From contig PWNJ01000120.1 in assembly GCA_003558985.1 (NCBI GenBank), forward strand, positions 1 through 56,330: a stretch of DNA of 56,330 bases, given 5' to 3'. Below the pieces are notes generated by a model, which was not told the origin of the DNA, made no database searches, and saw nothing but the letters and a program-made list of their open reading frames with translations. Position numbers and translations under genes: made by a program. Shown here piece after piece: positions 19,650-32,900 of this stretch (position 1 is its first letter; every line of letters begins with the position of its first letter). Source of the DNA: a candidate division CSSED10-310 bacterium. GTDB lineage: Bacteria > CSSED10-310.

Positions 19650-19751
19650 TCGGGATAGTTACCAGGAAACAAACTCAGTAATAACTGCATCACTTTGTGT
19701 TTCGTATGCGGGTCCTTGAAAAATATAACGATATGACATCATGGCGGGTAT

Positions 19752-20318
19752 TTACCAGTGATATCCCAGGACCAGTCCAACATGAATTCCGCCAATATGA
19801 AAATCATTGTCAAACAGTTTAACTTTGGCGTGGGAGTATCGCAGATCAAGACCAACATTGAATGTGTTCCCGATGTTCAGACAGATGCCTCCATTCACCC
19901 ATAGTCCGACAGCATGATCACTGTCCGAAACACTGATACCATAAGTTGATCCTTTTAAAGATGCATTAATTGCAGCAACTCCCCCGCCGATATAAGGGCG
20001 TACAATATCGCCAAAGACACGCCGTACTCCAAGATTAAGTTCCTCCGTACTGGCTTCATAATCAGCGATAATAGTGGATTCAACGGCTCTGGATGCCAGT
20101 ATATCTATCGCTATATTGACCGGCCAATCCGTTTTACCCCAATCAACAAGAATGCCGAACTGGGTTTGTTCTTCAACTTGAAACAATTCCCATTCATCTT
20201 TATCCAGCGCTTTTGCACCCAGAAACAGGTTGACGTTTCCTGTCCAGTTCTGAGCAAACGTCAGGGCTGTCGTCAACAAAAACAAGCTGATCAAAATTAC
20301 ATAAACCGTTTTAATCAT
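19752..20318 (-). CDS. Small outer-membrane beta-barrel protein (OmpW/OmpA-like)
   Basis: Signal peptide, amphipathic strands, RPYIGGG, C-terminal GYHW aromatic signal. Confidence 0.8.
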   Translation of the reverse strand: MIKTVYVILISLFLLTTALTFAQNWTGNVNLFLGAKALDKDEWELFQVEEQTQFGILVDWGKTDWPVNIAIDILASRAVESTIIADYEASTEELNLGVRRVFGDIVRPYIGGGVAAINASLKGSTYGISVSDSDHAVGLWVNGGICLNIGNTFNVGLDLRYSHAKVKLFDNDFHIGGIHVGLVLGYHW

Positions 20319-20490
20319 TTTTTTCCAGTCAGATTTCGAAAAAACGGGTGTTCAGGTAACAAAACATATTTGTGTGCTCCAAACATACCGAACACCCAAC
20401 AAACCATTAAATTATACATAAAATAGCGGTTAATAAAACATCTGTTTTTGTGCTTGTTCAGGTAGAGTAGTTTTCTATTACTTAACCTGT

Positions 20491-23400
20491 CTAAACGGGT
20501 ATGGCCACCAATACAAAGTTTTTCATTGAATAGATCAGTTTTCCGTCAACGATCAGAAACCCGTCAGCGTAAGCGGTTTTTTTAGTATCGTCTACTTTGG
20601 TAATAACCGCCTGAACAGTGACCTGTCTGTTTGAAGGCAGAACCTGTCCACGATAAATCCATTGATGCCGGGCATTGGGATATTCAAATCGATACTGTTT
20701 ATCACCCCATCTTTCCAGTGCGTATACCTGCAACAGTTGCAGCATGGCTTCTATGCCAAGTGAACCAGGCCAGACGGGGTCCTGATAAAAATGAGCCGAA
20801 AAAAACCACTCCTTCGGATCTATTGATTTAGTACCTTCTACCAGACCAAAACCATGGGGGCCGTCATCAATTTTCAGAACAGTAAGTGTGTCAATCATGC
20901 GCAGCGGTGATTCCGGCAGTGACGAATGGAGTGGATAGGAAACAGGCTTTTTTAACAAGTATTTATCTGTATTTACGGGTTTCTGATCTCGTATGCCAAC
21001 CTGTTCGGCAAGCGCGGCCCGGGTAAAGAATCCAAAATAGGTGTCTCCGGTATAGATATCACCTTGTGAGTCATACACAGCAAAATCAAAATGCTGTATA
21101 ATCATGCCTCCTGAATGCGATACTTTCGTTGATTTTACCTCAACAGCCAAAACTGAAGCGGTATCAATATCCGGCATTCTGTGAATAACACCATTTCCTC
21201 CAAGATTTCTGTAAGACAAATCTGTTTGGCTGTATAACGCTGATCCCATATAAGCCGAATACCATCCGCAGGGCTGTAGAGCGATTTCCAGCAATACAGC
21301 AAAAGGCATTCCGGATCGGCCGTTTGCAGCCAGATACCATTCATCTGCCCGCATATCATATTCTGTTATAATCCGGCCTCCGGCTTTCATTATCCATGGT
21401 TCGGCTTCCAGCAAAACAACACGATCAAGAAACTGATAAGGCGGGCCGGGCAATCGGGCTATAATGCGTTCACTGTCAAATATACTGTATTTGTCACCGT
21501 ATGCTTCAGATGGGTTTCCGTTAGAAAATGCCAGAATACTCGATTTGTTATACAATGCCGGACGTGTTCCGGGAATCGGTCGGGTTATGCCAGACACCGG
21601 CCGAGATTTCGCCGACCAGATTTCATTCAGTCGTTCACGGGTCAACCCTGTCAACTGAACCGACATATTCCGAATTTCAACCACCGGTTTGTTATCCGCA
21701 TACATCATAGCATCCGCAACAGCATAAGGTTCCGAATCCAATCCTATTTCCTTGATACACACCTCATAAGCCGCCACACGGGTATTTGAAGTCACTTGCC
21801 CACGGCATTTCAATTGACAGGGTACTCCCGGTTTCGGGTTCCAGCAAAATTCATCCTCCTCACCAACCCAGCCCATACCCATAAGCAATACTTTCAATGC
21901 ATGAAAACAACATTCGTACATCAGCGTTCCGGGCATAACCATGTCGTCAACAAAATGACACGTCAAAAACCATGCATCCGGTTGGATGTCCGCTTCAGCT
22001 CTGATTTTACCCAGTTTCCACTGTCCCCCGACAGGCTCAAACAAAACTATCCGATCGATCAAATGCATTTTACCACCAGGTAATGCTGCCGGATTCTTTA
22101 ACGGTAATCCTTCAAAAGATTCACCAAAACAATCTGTAAGACAGCCCCTGCGCAAAGCATTCACCTGTCTTTCATCAAAAGACTGATCTGTCAGTCTGAC
22201 GTATATATGCTCCGATTCGTTCTGATTTATGTTTTCACATGGTTTTTGAAACGCCGGCTGAATGATGCCCTGCCCTGCTGCCAATTCCTTGTCGGAGAAA
22301 AACCCTGCGGTCCCATTGCGCATACTTAACAAAAGCTCACCATCTATAGATGCGTCATATTCAAAATGAAACAGCCAGATATTTTCTTGCCGGAAAAAAC
22401 GTGTGATTCTGATGGAATACCGAATCGTTTCGCCCGGTTCCGGCAAAGCGCCAGCCATCGTTATTTCAGCGTCAAGAAGCCGGTATTTCTGAACACCTTT
22501 GGTTTCAAAATCAATACCCAGGAATCCCGATAAAAACAGGTCGGCCTGACCTGCTTCAACAGTAATACATACAGGACATTTGCCCTGATCAAGATACCAT
22601 GCGTCCGGAAGAACATCATGTTCGGTAATAATACTTCCGGGTTTCATTGATTTGGGAATGGCATCCACAGATATGATCCGATCAACAAGCATCAGGGGTT
22701 CATCCGGAAGCCGCACCCGGGTTGGATATGTATCTGCTTCCGAAAACTCGGGTCCCAGAACATTGGCAATACTTCCAACAGCAAACTCAAGACATTGTTC
22801 CCGGTCCATAAACACATCGTCCTGTTTTGAAACAGTCTGTTGACAGGGCGCCGTCATTTTATCCGTATCACTATCGCACGGTATATGCGGTAACAGTTCT
22901 GTCTGAAATGACACCAAACGACGCATGGATTCAGTCCAGTTTTGGCTGAGTTCCAGATACTGCTCATGAGCCTTGCGAACAGCAGTTCCAGTCCGATGCA
23001 ATGCGCTGGATAAAAGCGCTTCATTGGATGACATATCTTTTTGGGCTTCTGATTGTGGTGGCCCAGGCATTTTTCTGCTGTCAATATCCTTCACCGCCAA
23101 TCGATAATTGTATGCGCTTTCAGCATTCGGAATGCACGACACATCCAAAGGTGAATTAGGGCCGGGACGCCTCCATGCAGATTCCTTTTCGGAAACCAAT
23201 AATTCCAGGTTGACATTATGTCCTGCGGAGGCAAGCCGTGACAGTAACCCGAATAGTGATTCCGAAGGTTTTTTGTCTCGATTGTCCAGTAAGTCAACCG
23301 AATAGTCCTGACCTTTCAAAATTTGGTGAATCATGTTTGTGCAACTGTTTCCGGGTCCGATTTCCACAAAATGACGCACACCGTCCTGCCAGGCTGTTTT

Positions 23401-26400
23401 TACAGTTTTGACAAAATCAATCCCTTCTGTGGCATGCGCCAGAATGGCATTGGCACATTGATCCGAATTAACCGGGTAAGACTTTCCCCAAGCACCCGAA
23501 TAAACACGTATATCATACGCCTTGTCAACAGGTTGAAAATGCAGTTGGCGATACTCATCAGCAACACCGGACACTTCCGGAATATGTGCAACCGTCACAC
23601 CGGTGACGTCTACGCCCGACAATCCGACATCTTTTAAAAAAGCCTGAAGTTGCGGCCCATGACCTCCAATTACACATTGTTCCGGAGTGTTAATGATAAG
23701 CAGATACACAAGCGGATACTTGCTTAACTGTTTTCGAAGCGTTTCAGCATCACTGTTTACAATAGATATTTTCCATTCAGGATTCGTCCCTTCAGGTAAA
23801 TTCCATGCCTGCACAAGAACATTACACGGACCGGCCAGTTCATTGACAAACAACGTGGAGTTTTGCAGTTGCCGAAGCACTCTGTCCCTGTCCGGCCATA
23901 TTTTCCAACCAACCAATGCCGTTGATTCGCCCAGACTGTATCCAATAACAGCATTCGGTCGAACACCGGATCGACGTATCAGTTCAGTTACAAAATATCC
24001 ATACATGACATGACCAACGATCAAACCGTGCGGATCATGATCCATTTTTTTTCTGTCCGGCTGATTCCAGTAAACCTCCGGTTGAAACATATCTTTCAAT
24101 CGGCAGTTTTCCTTGTCCAACTCATCCAGAATGTGCCTGAAAACAAAACCGGGTTCTCTACCCAAAAATGGCCGATGATTTCCGGAACCCGAATAGACGA
24201 AAGCGGTTTCCGGAACTTTGTCGTTGTTTGCCGAATAATCAAACTGTCTGGCTATATCACTCAGTCGTTCTGTCAGCTCCGGTAATGCCAGCGGTTTGTG
24301 TGATGACGCGTCATGCTCACTCAGACAAACCGTTGCTGAAGCGCCTGAAAACGACTGCGAACAGACGTTTGCAAGCCGGAGACCATCTTCACGGTTTCGG
24401 AGCCAATACTGGGGTCCGGCCGCCTTAAAAGCATGGTCTGCCGGCATAATGCGATGATGTATGGCAATAACCGCCTGAGCCAGTTCATTCAGTCCGCTGA
24501 CTACACCGGTATCACCCGGTAAACAGGATGTTTTACGATTGAACACCACCGATGTTGACAAATCAGGATTGTTATCGCCAGTGTTGTTTCCACTCAGACC
24601 GGACATCATTTCTATGTCATCAATAACTGCCAGAACAGTATCATTCGCCTTTTCGGCATCCTTCAGACGTTTCAGAACAAAGGCTGTTGAACTGTCCATC
24701 ACTGTGTTGGAACCGGTACGCATCTCTGTTCCAATGACATTTCTCCAATCACTGTTCAGATCAACCGCTCCCACAAGGGCCTGACAAATTTCTCCATGCT
24801 GAAGCATTTGAACCGCTGCTGAAAGCGCTGCAATCCCGGACAGCTCATCAGCGGAAACGGTAAACCCGGCTCCACCCACCTTGAACGCACGAGAGACTCT
24901 GCCTGCTACCATACCACCCAATGCGCCCATTGTCCGATTGGCTGTCAGCGCGGGTGACCATGTGTTTTTTATTGTCTCAACACAAATATTTTCCGCGCCT
25001 TGTCCGTTTTGAAGCCATTCAGGCACGATTTTGTCAAGGTGCCATCGAATACAAAAGTTCGTTGTGTTCAGATCAAGTCCGACTCCTATAAACACACCTG
25101 ATTCGACCGCGTCAGACTCGTTCCAGTTTCCCTGATCAATCGCATCCGCGGCTACTTTCAGCATCAGTAACTGCTGCGGAAGCATTTCTTGAAGTTCTGC
25201 TGGCGGGATTCGAAATCGCACCGGAGATACCCCGGTTTTTCCAAGCGGATACTCAGTAAAATTTCCTGGATTGATGACATAATCACAAAACCAATCCGAT
25301 TGATCCAGTCCATTCCATGTGTGTTTACGGTTCGGGTTTTCCAAATCCTTTGACGCATCTTCAATACCTGTAGATATTTTCTGAATACCGTCCATATCCG
25401 TCCACGAGCCTGCTGCGGATGCCATGCTGACAATTGCAATTTTTTCCGGCGCCTTATCCCTTGATTTCCGATTCCTGCTTGTTTGATCGACTTTTTCTTC
25501 AGGAACACGTGAAGGTATATTTGATGAATAGATTTTCTTGCTGTGTAAAAGTTCAGAATTCCATTCTTCAAGCAGCAGATGCGCATTAATACCGCCAAAA
25601 CCAAAAGCGCTGACAGCAGCTCGTCTGGTTTGGTGCTCATTGTCGGCTATCCATGTTTCCGGTTGTTTCAGAATTCTGAAAGGACTGTCATCCAGAGATA
25701 TTTTTGATGATGGTGTGTCATAATTAGCTGATGGAGGCAGCATTCCATGCCTGATCGCCAGTAGCGCCTTTATCAGACCAGCGCCACCGGCGGCTGTTAA
25801 AAGATGGCCTATATTCGATTTAACAGAACCAATAGCACATTTTGTGCCGTTTTCCCGGTTTGAGTTATGCCAAATGTTTAACAATGAAGAGAACTCAACT
25901 GCGTCACCAACAGGTGTTCCGGTGCCATGACATTCCACCAGTTCAACGTCCGACGGCATCCATCCCGCCTGTTTATAGGCGCGTTTCATCGCTCTGATCT
26001 GACCTTCTGAATCAGGAGCAAATACACTTCCGCCAATATCATTTGAAATGCCAATCGCCCGAATTACTCCATAAATTTTGTCCTGATCCCTTACAGCATC
26101 AGAAAGCCGTTTCAATGCAACCATGGCGGCGCCTTCACCGACAACAAGGCCATCGGCTCTGGAATCAAAGGGGGAGCATATTCCCGATGGAGACAACGCC
26201 TGCAGTTGCGAAAATCCCATTTGAGTGTACATACAGTCGGGACGGCTGACCCCTCCAGTTAAAACCATATCCAGTCGGCCGGAAATCAGTTCCATAGAAG
26301 CCAGTTTCAGTGCATATAAGGATGATGCGCAGGCTGCATCCAGAGTATACACGATTCCACTGATTCCAAGTGATTGAGCCAGCATATTTGCCGGCAATGC

Positions 26401-26943
26401 TGCAGGATACAGATTTCGGGTATCATAAAGCGGAGCAGCAGTTTTCGGTTGAATGCCGGTAACAAGATGGTTGATACCCGGTAAAACCAGGTCGGCTGAT
26501 ATTTCAGAAGCTTTGCTTGTTGGCAGAATAATGTTACCCAGAATAATGCCTGTCCTGTCGCTATCGGGATAGCTACCGCAAATATCCTGGTATAAAAGAT
26601 GACCGGTGTGCAGTGTCAGATGAAATACCGGATCAAGCTGACTCAAATCAAATTGGTTGCGAAGCGCATCTGGAATATCAGGCAATGAGTCCAGCAGACA
26701 AGCGTGCACAGACCGTGTTTTATCCGGTTTGAGAGTATTAGAATGAACTGATTGAGGTGCGACCGGCCAGCGAGTTTCCGGTATTATTGAGGATGCATGA
26801 TCTCTTTTCAGAATCATCTGCCATAAATCATCAGGTGTCGGCGCTTTCGGCAAAGTTGCGGCCATGCCGACGATTGCTATTCCGGATGCGTCATGAAGTG
26901 CGTCATAACCACCGGAAATTTTTGTCCGTTTATTACCATTCAT
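20491..26943 (-). CDS. pfaC: PUFA-synthase subunit, fused PfaBC/Pfa3 type: KS-CLF-AT-DH'-DH-DH'-DH
   Basis: KS DAACASS/ECHGTGT/KSNIGH; Cys-less CLF (SADELSG); AT GYSLGES; FabA-like DH motifs CHFVDDMVMPG..E and AHFYQDPVWPG..E. Confidence 0.9.
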   Translation of the reverse strand: MNGNKRTKISGGYDALHDASGIAIVGMAATLPKAPTPDDLWQMILKRDHASSIIPETRWPVAPQSVHSNTLKPDKTRSVHACLLDSLPDIPDALRNQFDLSQLDPVFHLTLHTGHLLYQDICGSYPDSDRTGIILGNIILPTSKASEISADLVLPGINHLVTGIQPKTAAPLYDTRNLYPAALPANMLAQSLGISGIVYTLDAACASSLYALKLASMELISGRLDMVLTGGVSRPDCMYTQMGFSQLQALSPSGICSPFDSRADGLVVGEGAAMVALKRLSDAVRDQDKIYGVIRAIGISNDIGGSVFAPDSEGQIRAMKRAYKQAGWMPSDVELVECHGTGTPVGDAVEFSSLLNIWHNSNRENGTKCAIGSVKSNIGHLLTAAGGAGLIKALLAIRHGMLPPSANYDTPSSKISLDDSPFRILKQPETWIADNEHQTRRAAVSAFGFGGINAHLLLEEWNSELLHSKKIYSSNIPSRVPEEKVDQTSRNRKSRDKAPEKIAIVSMASAAGSWTDMDGIQKISTGIEDASKDLENPNRKHTWNGLDQSDWFCDYVINPGNFTEYPLGKTGVSPVRFRIPPAELQEMLPQQLLMLKVAADAIDQGNWNESDAVESGVFIGVGLDLNTTNFCIRWHLDKIVPEWLQNGQGAENICVETIKNTWSPALTANRTMGALGGMVAGRVSRAFKVGGAGFTVSADELSGIAALSAAVQMLQHGEICQALVGAVDLNSDWRNVIGTEMRTGSNTVMDSSTAFVLKRLKDAEKANDTVLAVIDDIEMMSGLSGNNTGDNNPDLSTSVVFNRKTSCLPGDTGVVSGLNELAQAVIAIHHRIMPADHAFKAAGPQYWLRNREDGLRLANVCSQSFSGASATVCLSEHDASSHKPLALPELTERLSDIARQFDYSANNDKVPETAFVYSGSGNHRPFLGREPGFVFRHILDELDKENCRLKDMFQPEVYWNQPDRKKMDHDPHGLIVGHVMYGYFVTELIRRSGVRPNAVIGYSLGESTALVGWKIWPDRDRVLRQLQNSTLFVNELAGPCNVLVQAWNLPEGTNPEWKISIVNSDAETLRKQLSKYPLVYLLIINTPEQCVIGGHGPQLQAFLKDVGLSGVDVTGVTVAHIPEVSGVADEYRQLHFQPVDKAYDIRVYSGAWGKSYPVNSDQCANAILAHATEGIDFVKTVKTAWQDGVRHFVEIGPGNSCTNMIHQILKGQDYSVDLLDNRDKKPSESLFGLLSRLASAGHNVNLELLVSEKESAWRRPGPNSPLDVSCIPNAESAYNYRLAVKDIDSRKMPGPPQSEAQKDMSSNEALLSSALHRTGTAVRKAHEQYLELSQNWTESMRRLVSFQTELLPHIPCDSDTDKMTAPCQQTVSKQDDVFMDREQCLEFAVGSIANVLGPEFSEADTYPTRVRLPDEPLMLVDRIISVDAIPKSMKPGSIITEHDVLPDAWYLDQGKCPVCITVEAGQADLFLSGFLGIDFETKGVQKYRLLDAEITMAGALPEPGETIRYSIRITRFFRQENIWLFHFEYDASIDGELLLSMRNGTAGFFSDKELAAGQGIIQPAFQKPCENINQNESEHIYVRLTDQSFDERQVNALRRGCLTDCFGESFEGLPLKNPAALPGGKMHLIDRIVLFEPVGGQWKLGKIRAEADIQPDAWFLTCHFVDDMVMPGTLMYECCFHALKVLLMGMGWVGEEDEFCWNPKPGVPCQLKCRGQVTSNTRVAAYEVCIKEIGLDSEPYAVADAMMYADNKPVVEIRNMSVQLTGLTRERLNEIWSAKSRPVSGITRPIPGTRPALYNKSSILAFSNGNPSEAYGDKYSIFDSERIIARLPGPPYQFLDRVVLLEAEPWIMKAGGRIITEYDMRADEWYLAANGRSGMPFAVLLEIALQPCGWYSAYMGSALYSQTDLSYRNLGGNGVIHRMPDIDTASVLAVEVKSTKVSHSGGMIIQHFDFAVYDSQGDIYTGDTYFGFFTRAALAEQVGIRDQKPVNTDKYLLKKPVSYPLHSSLPESPLRMIDTLTVLKIDDGPHGFGLVEGTKSIDPKEWFFSAHFYQDPVWPGSLGIEAMLQLLQVYALERWGDKQYRFEYPNARHQWIYRGQVLPSNRQVTVQAVITKVDDTKKTAYADGFLIVDGKLIYSMKNFVLVAIPV

Positions 26944-26965
26944 TACAGGGTCACCTTTTCATTGT

Positions 26966-29900
26966 TCATTCTTTGCGGTGTGCCCTGAACGCTTCCTTGA
27001 GGCCTTTATCTGCAATACATTCCAACCCTTCGATACAAGCAATAATCTTACCTGATGGGTCGCTGAAATATACATCTGAAATAATTTGAGCCGATTGACG
27101 GTTTTTAATTCTTATGTCAACATTAGCTCTTGAAGGCATTTTTTTGACAAATTGAGTATAGCGTTTCAGTCCGCACGGAAGTGATGGCATATCCAAATTC
27201 AGCGTTGTCCACAATATGACAAGCTGGAATGCCGCATCTATAATCCCGGGATCAGTGATCCATTGCTTCCTTAACGGCCTTTTTAACCATTTCGCAGGTT
27301 CTGGTGATCCGTCAGCGACACCATGTATCCCTTTTTGACTCATTCCTTCAACTGAGCGCACCCCCTGAAGCATTTTACCGTGAAACAACACATCCTGATA
27401 AAGCTGATTCCGTTGTACCGGACAGGGCTCCATCGTTTCAAACGGAAGGGGCGGTTTGACTGGTTCCAGGAACTGTTTTGAGAGCATTACATCAGTTGAA
27501 ACATGAACATATTTTTTGCCATCTGACTGAATACCCCGTAACTCGACCGGTACATAGATGGTATTACTGTCTTGTTTGAATACTCCCGCCTTGGCTTCCA
27601 GTTCAAGCGGAGTTTTTTCAGAAAGGATTATCCCTTTAAGAAGTCTGAAGTCGTCAAAAGCCAGAAAATTCAGATCCGAATGTATTTCAAGCGCACAGGA
27701 AGCACACCATTCCATCAACAGTGCCATCGGTACAACAGGTCGTTTGTTTATCAGATGATGTTTTAACACCGGAACTGAGTCTGGCGACAAAACCAGGTTA
27801 AAAACTTCACGCCATTTTATATCCGTAGGCCCTGCTTCCGGACCGGTTTTATCTACCAGGTTGTTTTCGGTCAACTCCGGCCTGAGGTCCTGTGGCAGAT
27901 CGGTATCGGGTTCTGTAGTTCCCATAACCACAATTTCTGCTGGAGCAGGTTTTTCAGGTGTGTGTTCCAGGCAGAGTTCTCTGATCAGATGACGCGCGCC
28001 AGACCGTATATCTATTACCTCTACATTTTCTTTTCTGAACAGTTCTTTCAATTCAGGTGTCACCATTCCACCGTCCCATGGACCCCAGTTGATAGACATC
28101 GTGCGGCACATTGGATACATTTTTGCCACTTTTGCTGCAAATTTGTTAAGCACTTCGTTTGCCATAGCATAATCAACCTGACCTGTACGTCCGAAACGAG
28201 CGGTACTTGAAGAAAACAAAATGATCGTTTTCATTGTTTCAAGTGTCAGATTTTCTGCAAGGCAACGCAAACTTTCTACTTTCGTATTTACAACCTTGCA
28301 AAAATCATCCTCAGATTTGTTGTCAATCAAGTTATCGGCGATAATTCCTGCGCCATGAATTAGCCCGGCAAGTGTAAATCCCGATTGATCCATTCTTTTT
28401 GTAAGGGTGCTTACCTGAACAGAATCAGTCAGATCAACCTGTTCGTATTGAACTTGCACTCCTATGGTTTTCAAGGTTTTAACCGTATTGTAGATCTCAC
28501 GGTTATTCATATATCGCAAATATTCTGTCTGCAGTTCTTTGGGCGTCAGTTTTTTATTCGCCTGTTCCATAATTGCCTTTTTGATTTCAGCATCATCCGA
28601 TATTCCTGCCAACCATTCCGGTTCCGGTTCAGGAGGTTGGCTTCTTCCGGCGAGGACAAAATTTGTCCTGAATCGCCTGGCAATTTCAATCACGCAGGCC
28701 GCGGTCACCCCGCGAGCGCCGCCGGTTGCCAAAAGCCAGTCACCCTCGACAAGCGGTTCCCGGGTCAGTCTTTTCGGATCAATGGGTTCATCTTGCATGA
28801 CAACTTGAACCTTGCCCCGGGATGAAAAACCTGTTTCAAGGGGGCCTTCACGGAACATCTCTTCTATCAAATCATTAAGATCGGGTTCATATTTCCTGTC
28901 AGCATCCACATCAATTATTCTGCAGTAAACTTCCGGCCATTCCTGTCGAATTGTTTTTACAAGTCCGGACAGAGCGGCAGTCATGGGTCTGTAATCAGTC
29001 AATGTGTCATGTAAACCCAACGCTCCATCCAATCGTAGCAGTGATATGATTGCGGGGGTTGATTTGTCAGAACGGCTGGGGTTTCTGACTTTTTTACTAA
29101 CCAGTTTTACAAGTTTAAACAACTTTTGCAGATACTCCATATCACATGAGTCCCGTGGTCCGACCAGAATCAAACCGGCAACATCATCAGGCAATTCTAC
29201 AAATTCAAGATAATCCAGCGAAATAATTCGAACAGGAATATACATGTTTTCCAATGCTTCCAATAGCAATTCACTCAATCCGCAATCGTCACGCGTGATC
29301 CAGATTTCAGCATGTTCAGGTAAAACAATTTTATTGCGGTTCGTTTCATTCAAAGGTTGAAGGGTCAGGATTTTTCTGTCCATTCGATACAGTTTGTCGG
29401 GCACAGATTCGGACACTTTCGGTTCGGATTCAGTGTTGACAACAGCAGGGGACGGCGCAGGTTCAACCGGAGGTTCCAACTGGTCCGCTTTCATAGTCTG
29501 CTTGCCTAAAGTACCTTTTAAAGCTGTCACAAGGTTTTCAATATTCCCGATGGAGCGCAATTCAGCTAACTGTTCCGGTTTAATGCCGGGAAGACCGGGA
29601 ATTGTCTCCTGTAACGCAGACATGATCTCAACACGCTTGATGGAATCAATGCCCAGATCAGCATCCAATTCCATGTCCGGTTCAAGTAAATCGGAAGGAT
29701 AACCCGTTTTGTCCGCAATAATACCGCGCACGGTTTCAACGATAGAATCACTTGTGACATCCTGTTTGATCTGAATGGGTTGAGTGTCAAACGGACTTGC
29801 TTTACCTGATGACGGTTTTGCGGATTCAACTTCAGGGGATTCCGTCGATGTTTTCTGGAGTATTGATTTTTCAGAAATTTCGGGCGCTGACATATCGGAC

Positions 29901-32900
29901 GCATTTATAAGCGCAGCGATATCATTTAACGTATGAATCGAACTCATCTGATCAGGCGCAATTTGAGTAATTTCCGGCAACTCTTCCTGAAGTGCGGACA
30001 TGATTTCCACTCGTTTAATGGAATCAATACCCAAATCGGCATCCAACTCCATGTTTGGTTCAAGCAAATCGGTTGGATACCCCGTTTTGTCAGAAACAAC
30101 CTTGCAAACAATATCCAGAACAGACTCATCTGTAATCCGGGGGGGTTCTCCATCGGTATGTCCTGGTGTTGCTGATGATTCGGCAGGCGCTTTTCCCTGA
30201 GCAACCGTGTGATGTGTTTTTGAAACAGACTTGCCAGAACTGGCCGGAACCAAATTGTTCAACAAATGAATAACATCCCGCAAAGTGCGAATAGAAGCCA
30301 TTTGATCCGGTGCAATAGGCCCTGTTTCTTGCAATTGTTCCTGAACAGCAGACATGATTTCAACACGTTTAATCGAATCAATACCCAGATCAGCATCCAG
30401 TTCCATTTCCGGTTCAAGCAGTTCCGACGGATACCCTGTTTTTTCCGAGACAATGGTCAGCACCATTTCGGAATAATCCGGTTTATCCGTCTCAATGTCT
30501 TCCTGTTTCATATCAGTTGTCTTCAGTTCAACCGTTTCGGACGGCTGGGAGCGAACAGATGATACATGTGTGACCGATTGCTGTACAGGAGGCGTTCCGG
30601 TCAGAACGTGTTGCTGTTGCGCTATCAGGTTTTGAAAAGCCTGTTGAGCCTCCATCTGTCCCGTCAGAAATTTTTGGTGCAGCAGAGCGGTTTGCTCCTG
30701 CAATTGCTGCAATCCTTCCAGATTTTTCTGAATGGATTCGAATGCTTTTGACGCAGGGACACTGCGATTATCCTTGCTCATCACAGACGAGTGTTTTTCT
30801 TCGGGCTGCCCGATTTCCCGTTGTATTTTGAATTCCGGTAATGAGCTTTTCTGTCGCACATAGTTTGAACCGGTCAGAGTGACCTGCATTTTGCTTCCGG
30901 CGTGATCTGTTGACGGCACATATTCCTGATCCCACTCGTTCACACTGATGGAATATCCCAGACTGGCAAGGGCTGCAATGGTGCGTGCAAGATCGATTTG
31001 ACCTGAGCGTTTGCCTGATGACGCATCCAGTGAAATAAGACGCACGCTCGTATCATCAAGGATAGCACGTATTAAACCGGCCATTCGTTTACCCGGCCCG
31101 ATTTCCACAAACGTTCGAACACCATCTGCGACCATTTGCTGAATTTCTGACACAAATTCAACCGGTTTTTCCAGTTGAGACGCCAGGATTTCTCTGATTT
31201 TCTTTTGTTGAGAAGGATATGTGACACCTGTTGTGTTGGAGTATACCGGAAACAGCGGTTTTTGAAATGTTATCCTGTCCAGATATTGTCCGAACGGTTT
31301 ACTGGCATCCGCGACCAGAGGACTGTGAAATGCGGCTGATACTTTTAATGGTGTAATGGTGAAATTACGTTTCCTGAAACAGTCCACGGCACGCGCTATT
31401 TCTTTGGTAGCGCCTGATATCACTGACTGATTCGGAGCATTTTTGTTGGCAATTACCAAATCAAGCTGTTCATCTTTCAAAACAACCGATATATCTTCAG
31501 CCGATGCCTGAACAGCAGCCATACCGCCACGATCCTCATCGCCGTTACTCATCAATCTTCCCCGTAACGAAGACAGATAGTTGAACTCATCCAATGAGAT
31601 CATTCCGGCAGCATACATTGCACAAATTTCACCGTAACTGTGACCGGCAGCCGCATCAACACTCAAACCGAAATGATGCGTCAAAACCTGCCATGCGCCA
31701 ATGCTTACAGCTCCAATCCCGGGCTGTGCATACTGAGTCTGTTTCAGTGTTTCAATCTGTTCATTTCTTTGCTTGTCATTAAACGTTGACAGCGGATAAA
31801 TGATTTTACTCAAGCGATTCGTATCGGATTCCGGAGCATTTTCGGCAAAAGCCCTGTCAGCATTCTCAAGTATTTCCCGAAACACAGGAAACCGGCATGC
31901 TGTATCCCGAAGCATATCGGGATATTGATTTCCCTGACCTGGAAATACGGCCGCCAGTTTTCCGGGAATATTTCCAACTCCGTAAAACATGCCATCGGGA
32001 GTATCCCACGATGTGTCCGGGGTTGCGCTAATACGACTCAGAGCCATTTTAAGCATATCTGCCAGTTGATTCGCACTTGTAACAACCATCAGCCAGCGAT
32101 GGCGGTGATCGGATTTGAATGTATCTCTGGTCTCTTTGGCAACGGCTCTTAAATCAAGATTATCCTCTGGAATGGATATATTTTTAATCGAATCAAGCAA
32201 AGCGCTGGTATTATCAGCAGAAAAAGCGACTATCTGCACCGAGCCATCCCAATCAGGCGGGGATGGTGTTCCGGTGTGTTCTTCAAGGACGCAATGAAAA
32301 TTGCTACCACCAAATCCAAAGGAACTGACAGCAGCCCGCCGTGGGTGGTTATCGGGTGTAAGCCATGGTCTTGCAAGTGTCGGCAGATAGAATGGCGATA
32401 GCCCGTTGGCCAGAGTTTTTGTTGGAGTGGAAACCTTTGCAACCGGTGGAATAACCCGATGATGCAATGCCAGCGCTGTTTTTATCAGCCCTGCTATCCC
32501 TGCGGCGGCTTTGCCATGGCCAATTTGTGCTTTTACTGAACCAACTGCACACCATTTGCCATCCGATTTTGCTTCACGGTAGACATCCGTCAAAGCTTCA
32601 AGCTCAATAGCATCCCCGACCGGAGTGCCTGTTCCATGCGCTTCAACCAGTTGAATGGTATCCGGTGATACATCCGATTCCTGATACGCACGTTTTAATG
32701 CTTTTTTCTGGCCGGAAGCAGACGGCGCATAAATCGCGTTTCCCTTACCGTCACTTGAAGCGCCGGTTCCCCGAATAACAGCATAGATTGTGTCTCCGTC
32801 GCGTTCAGCATCTGTCAGCCGCTTAAGGGTTACAACCCCAACGCCTTCGCCGATCGCTGTTCCATCTGCAGCGGCATCAAACGGCCTTGCATGGCCGGTG

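Noticed and set aside
29530-30480. Three similar ~220-bp segments as a mobile repeat
   Set aside because: These are the tandem ACP domains of PfaA, which is normal for this family
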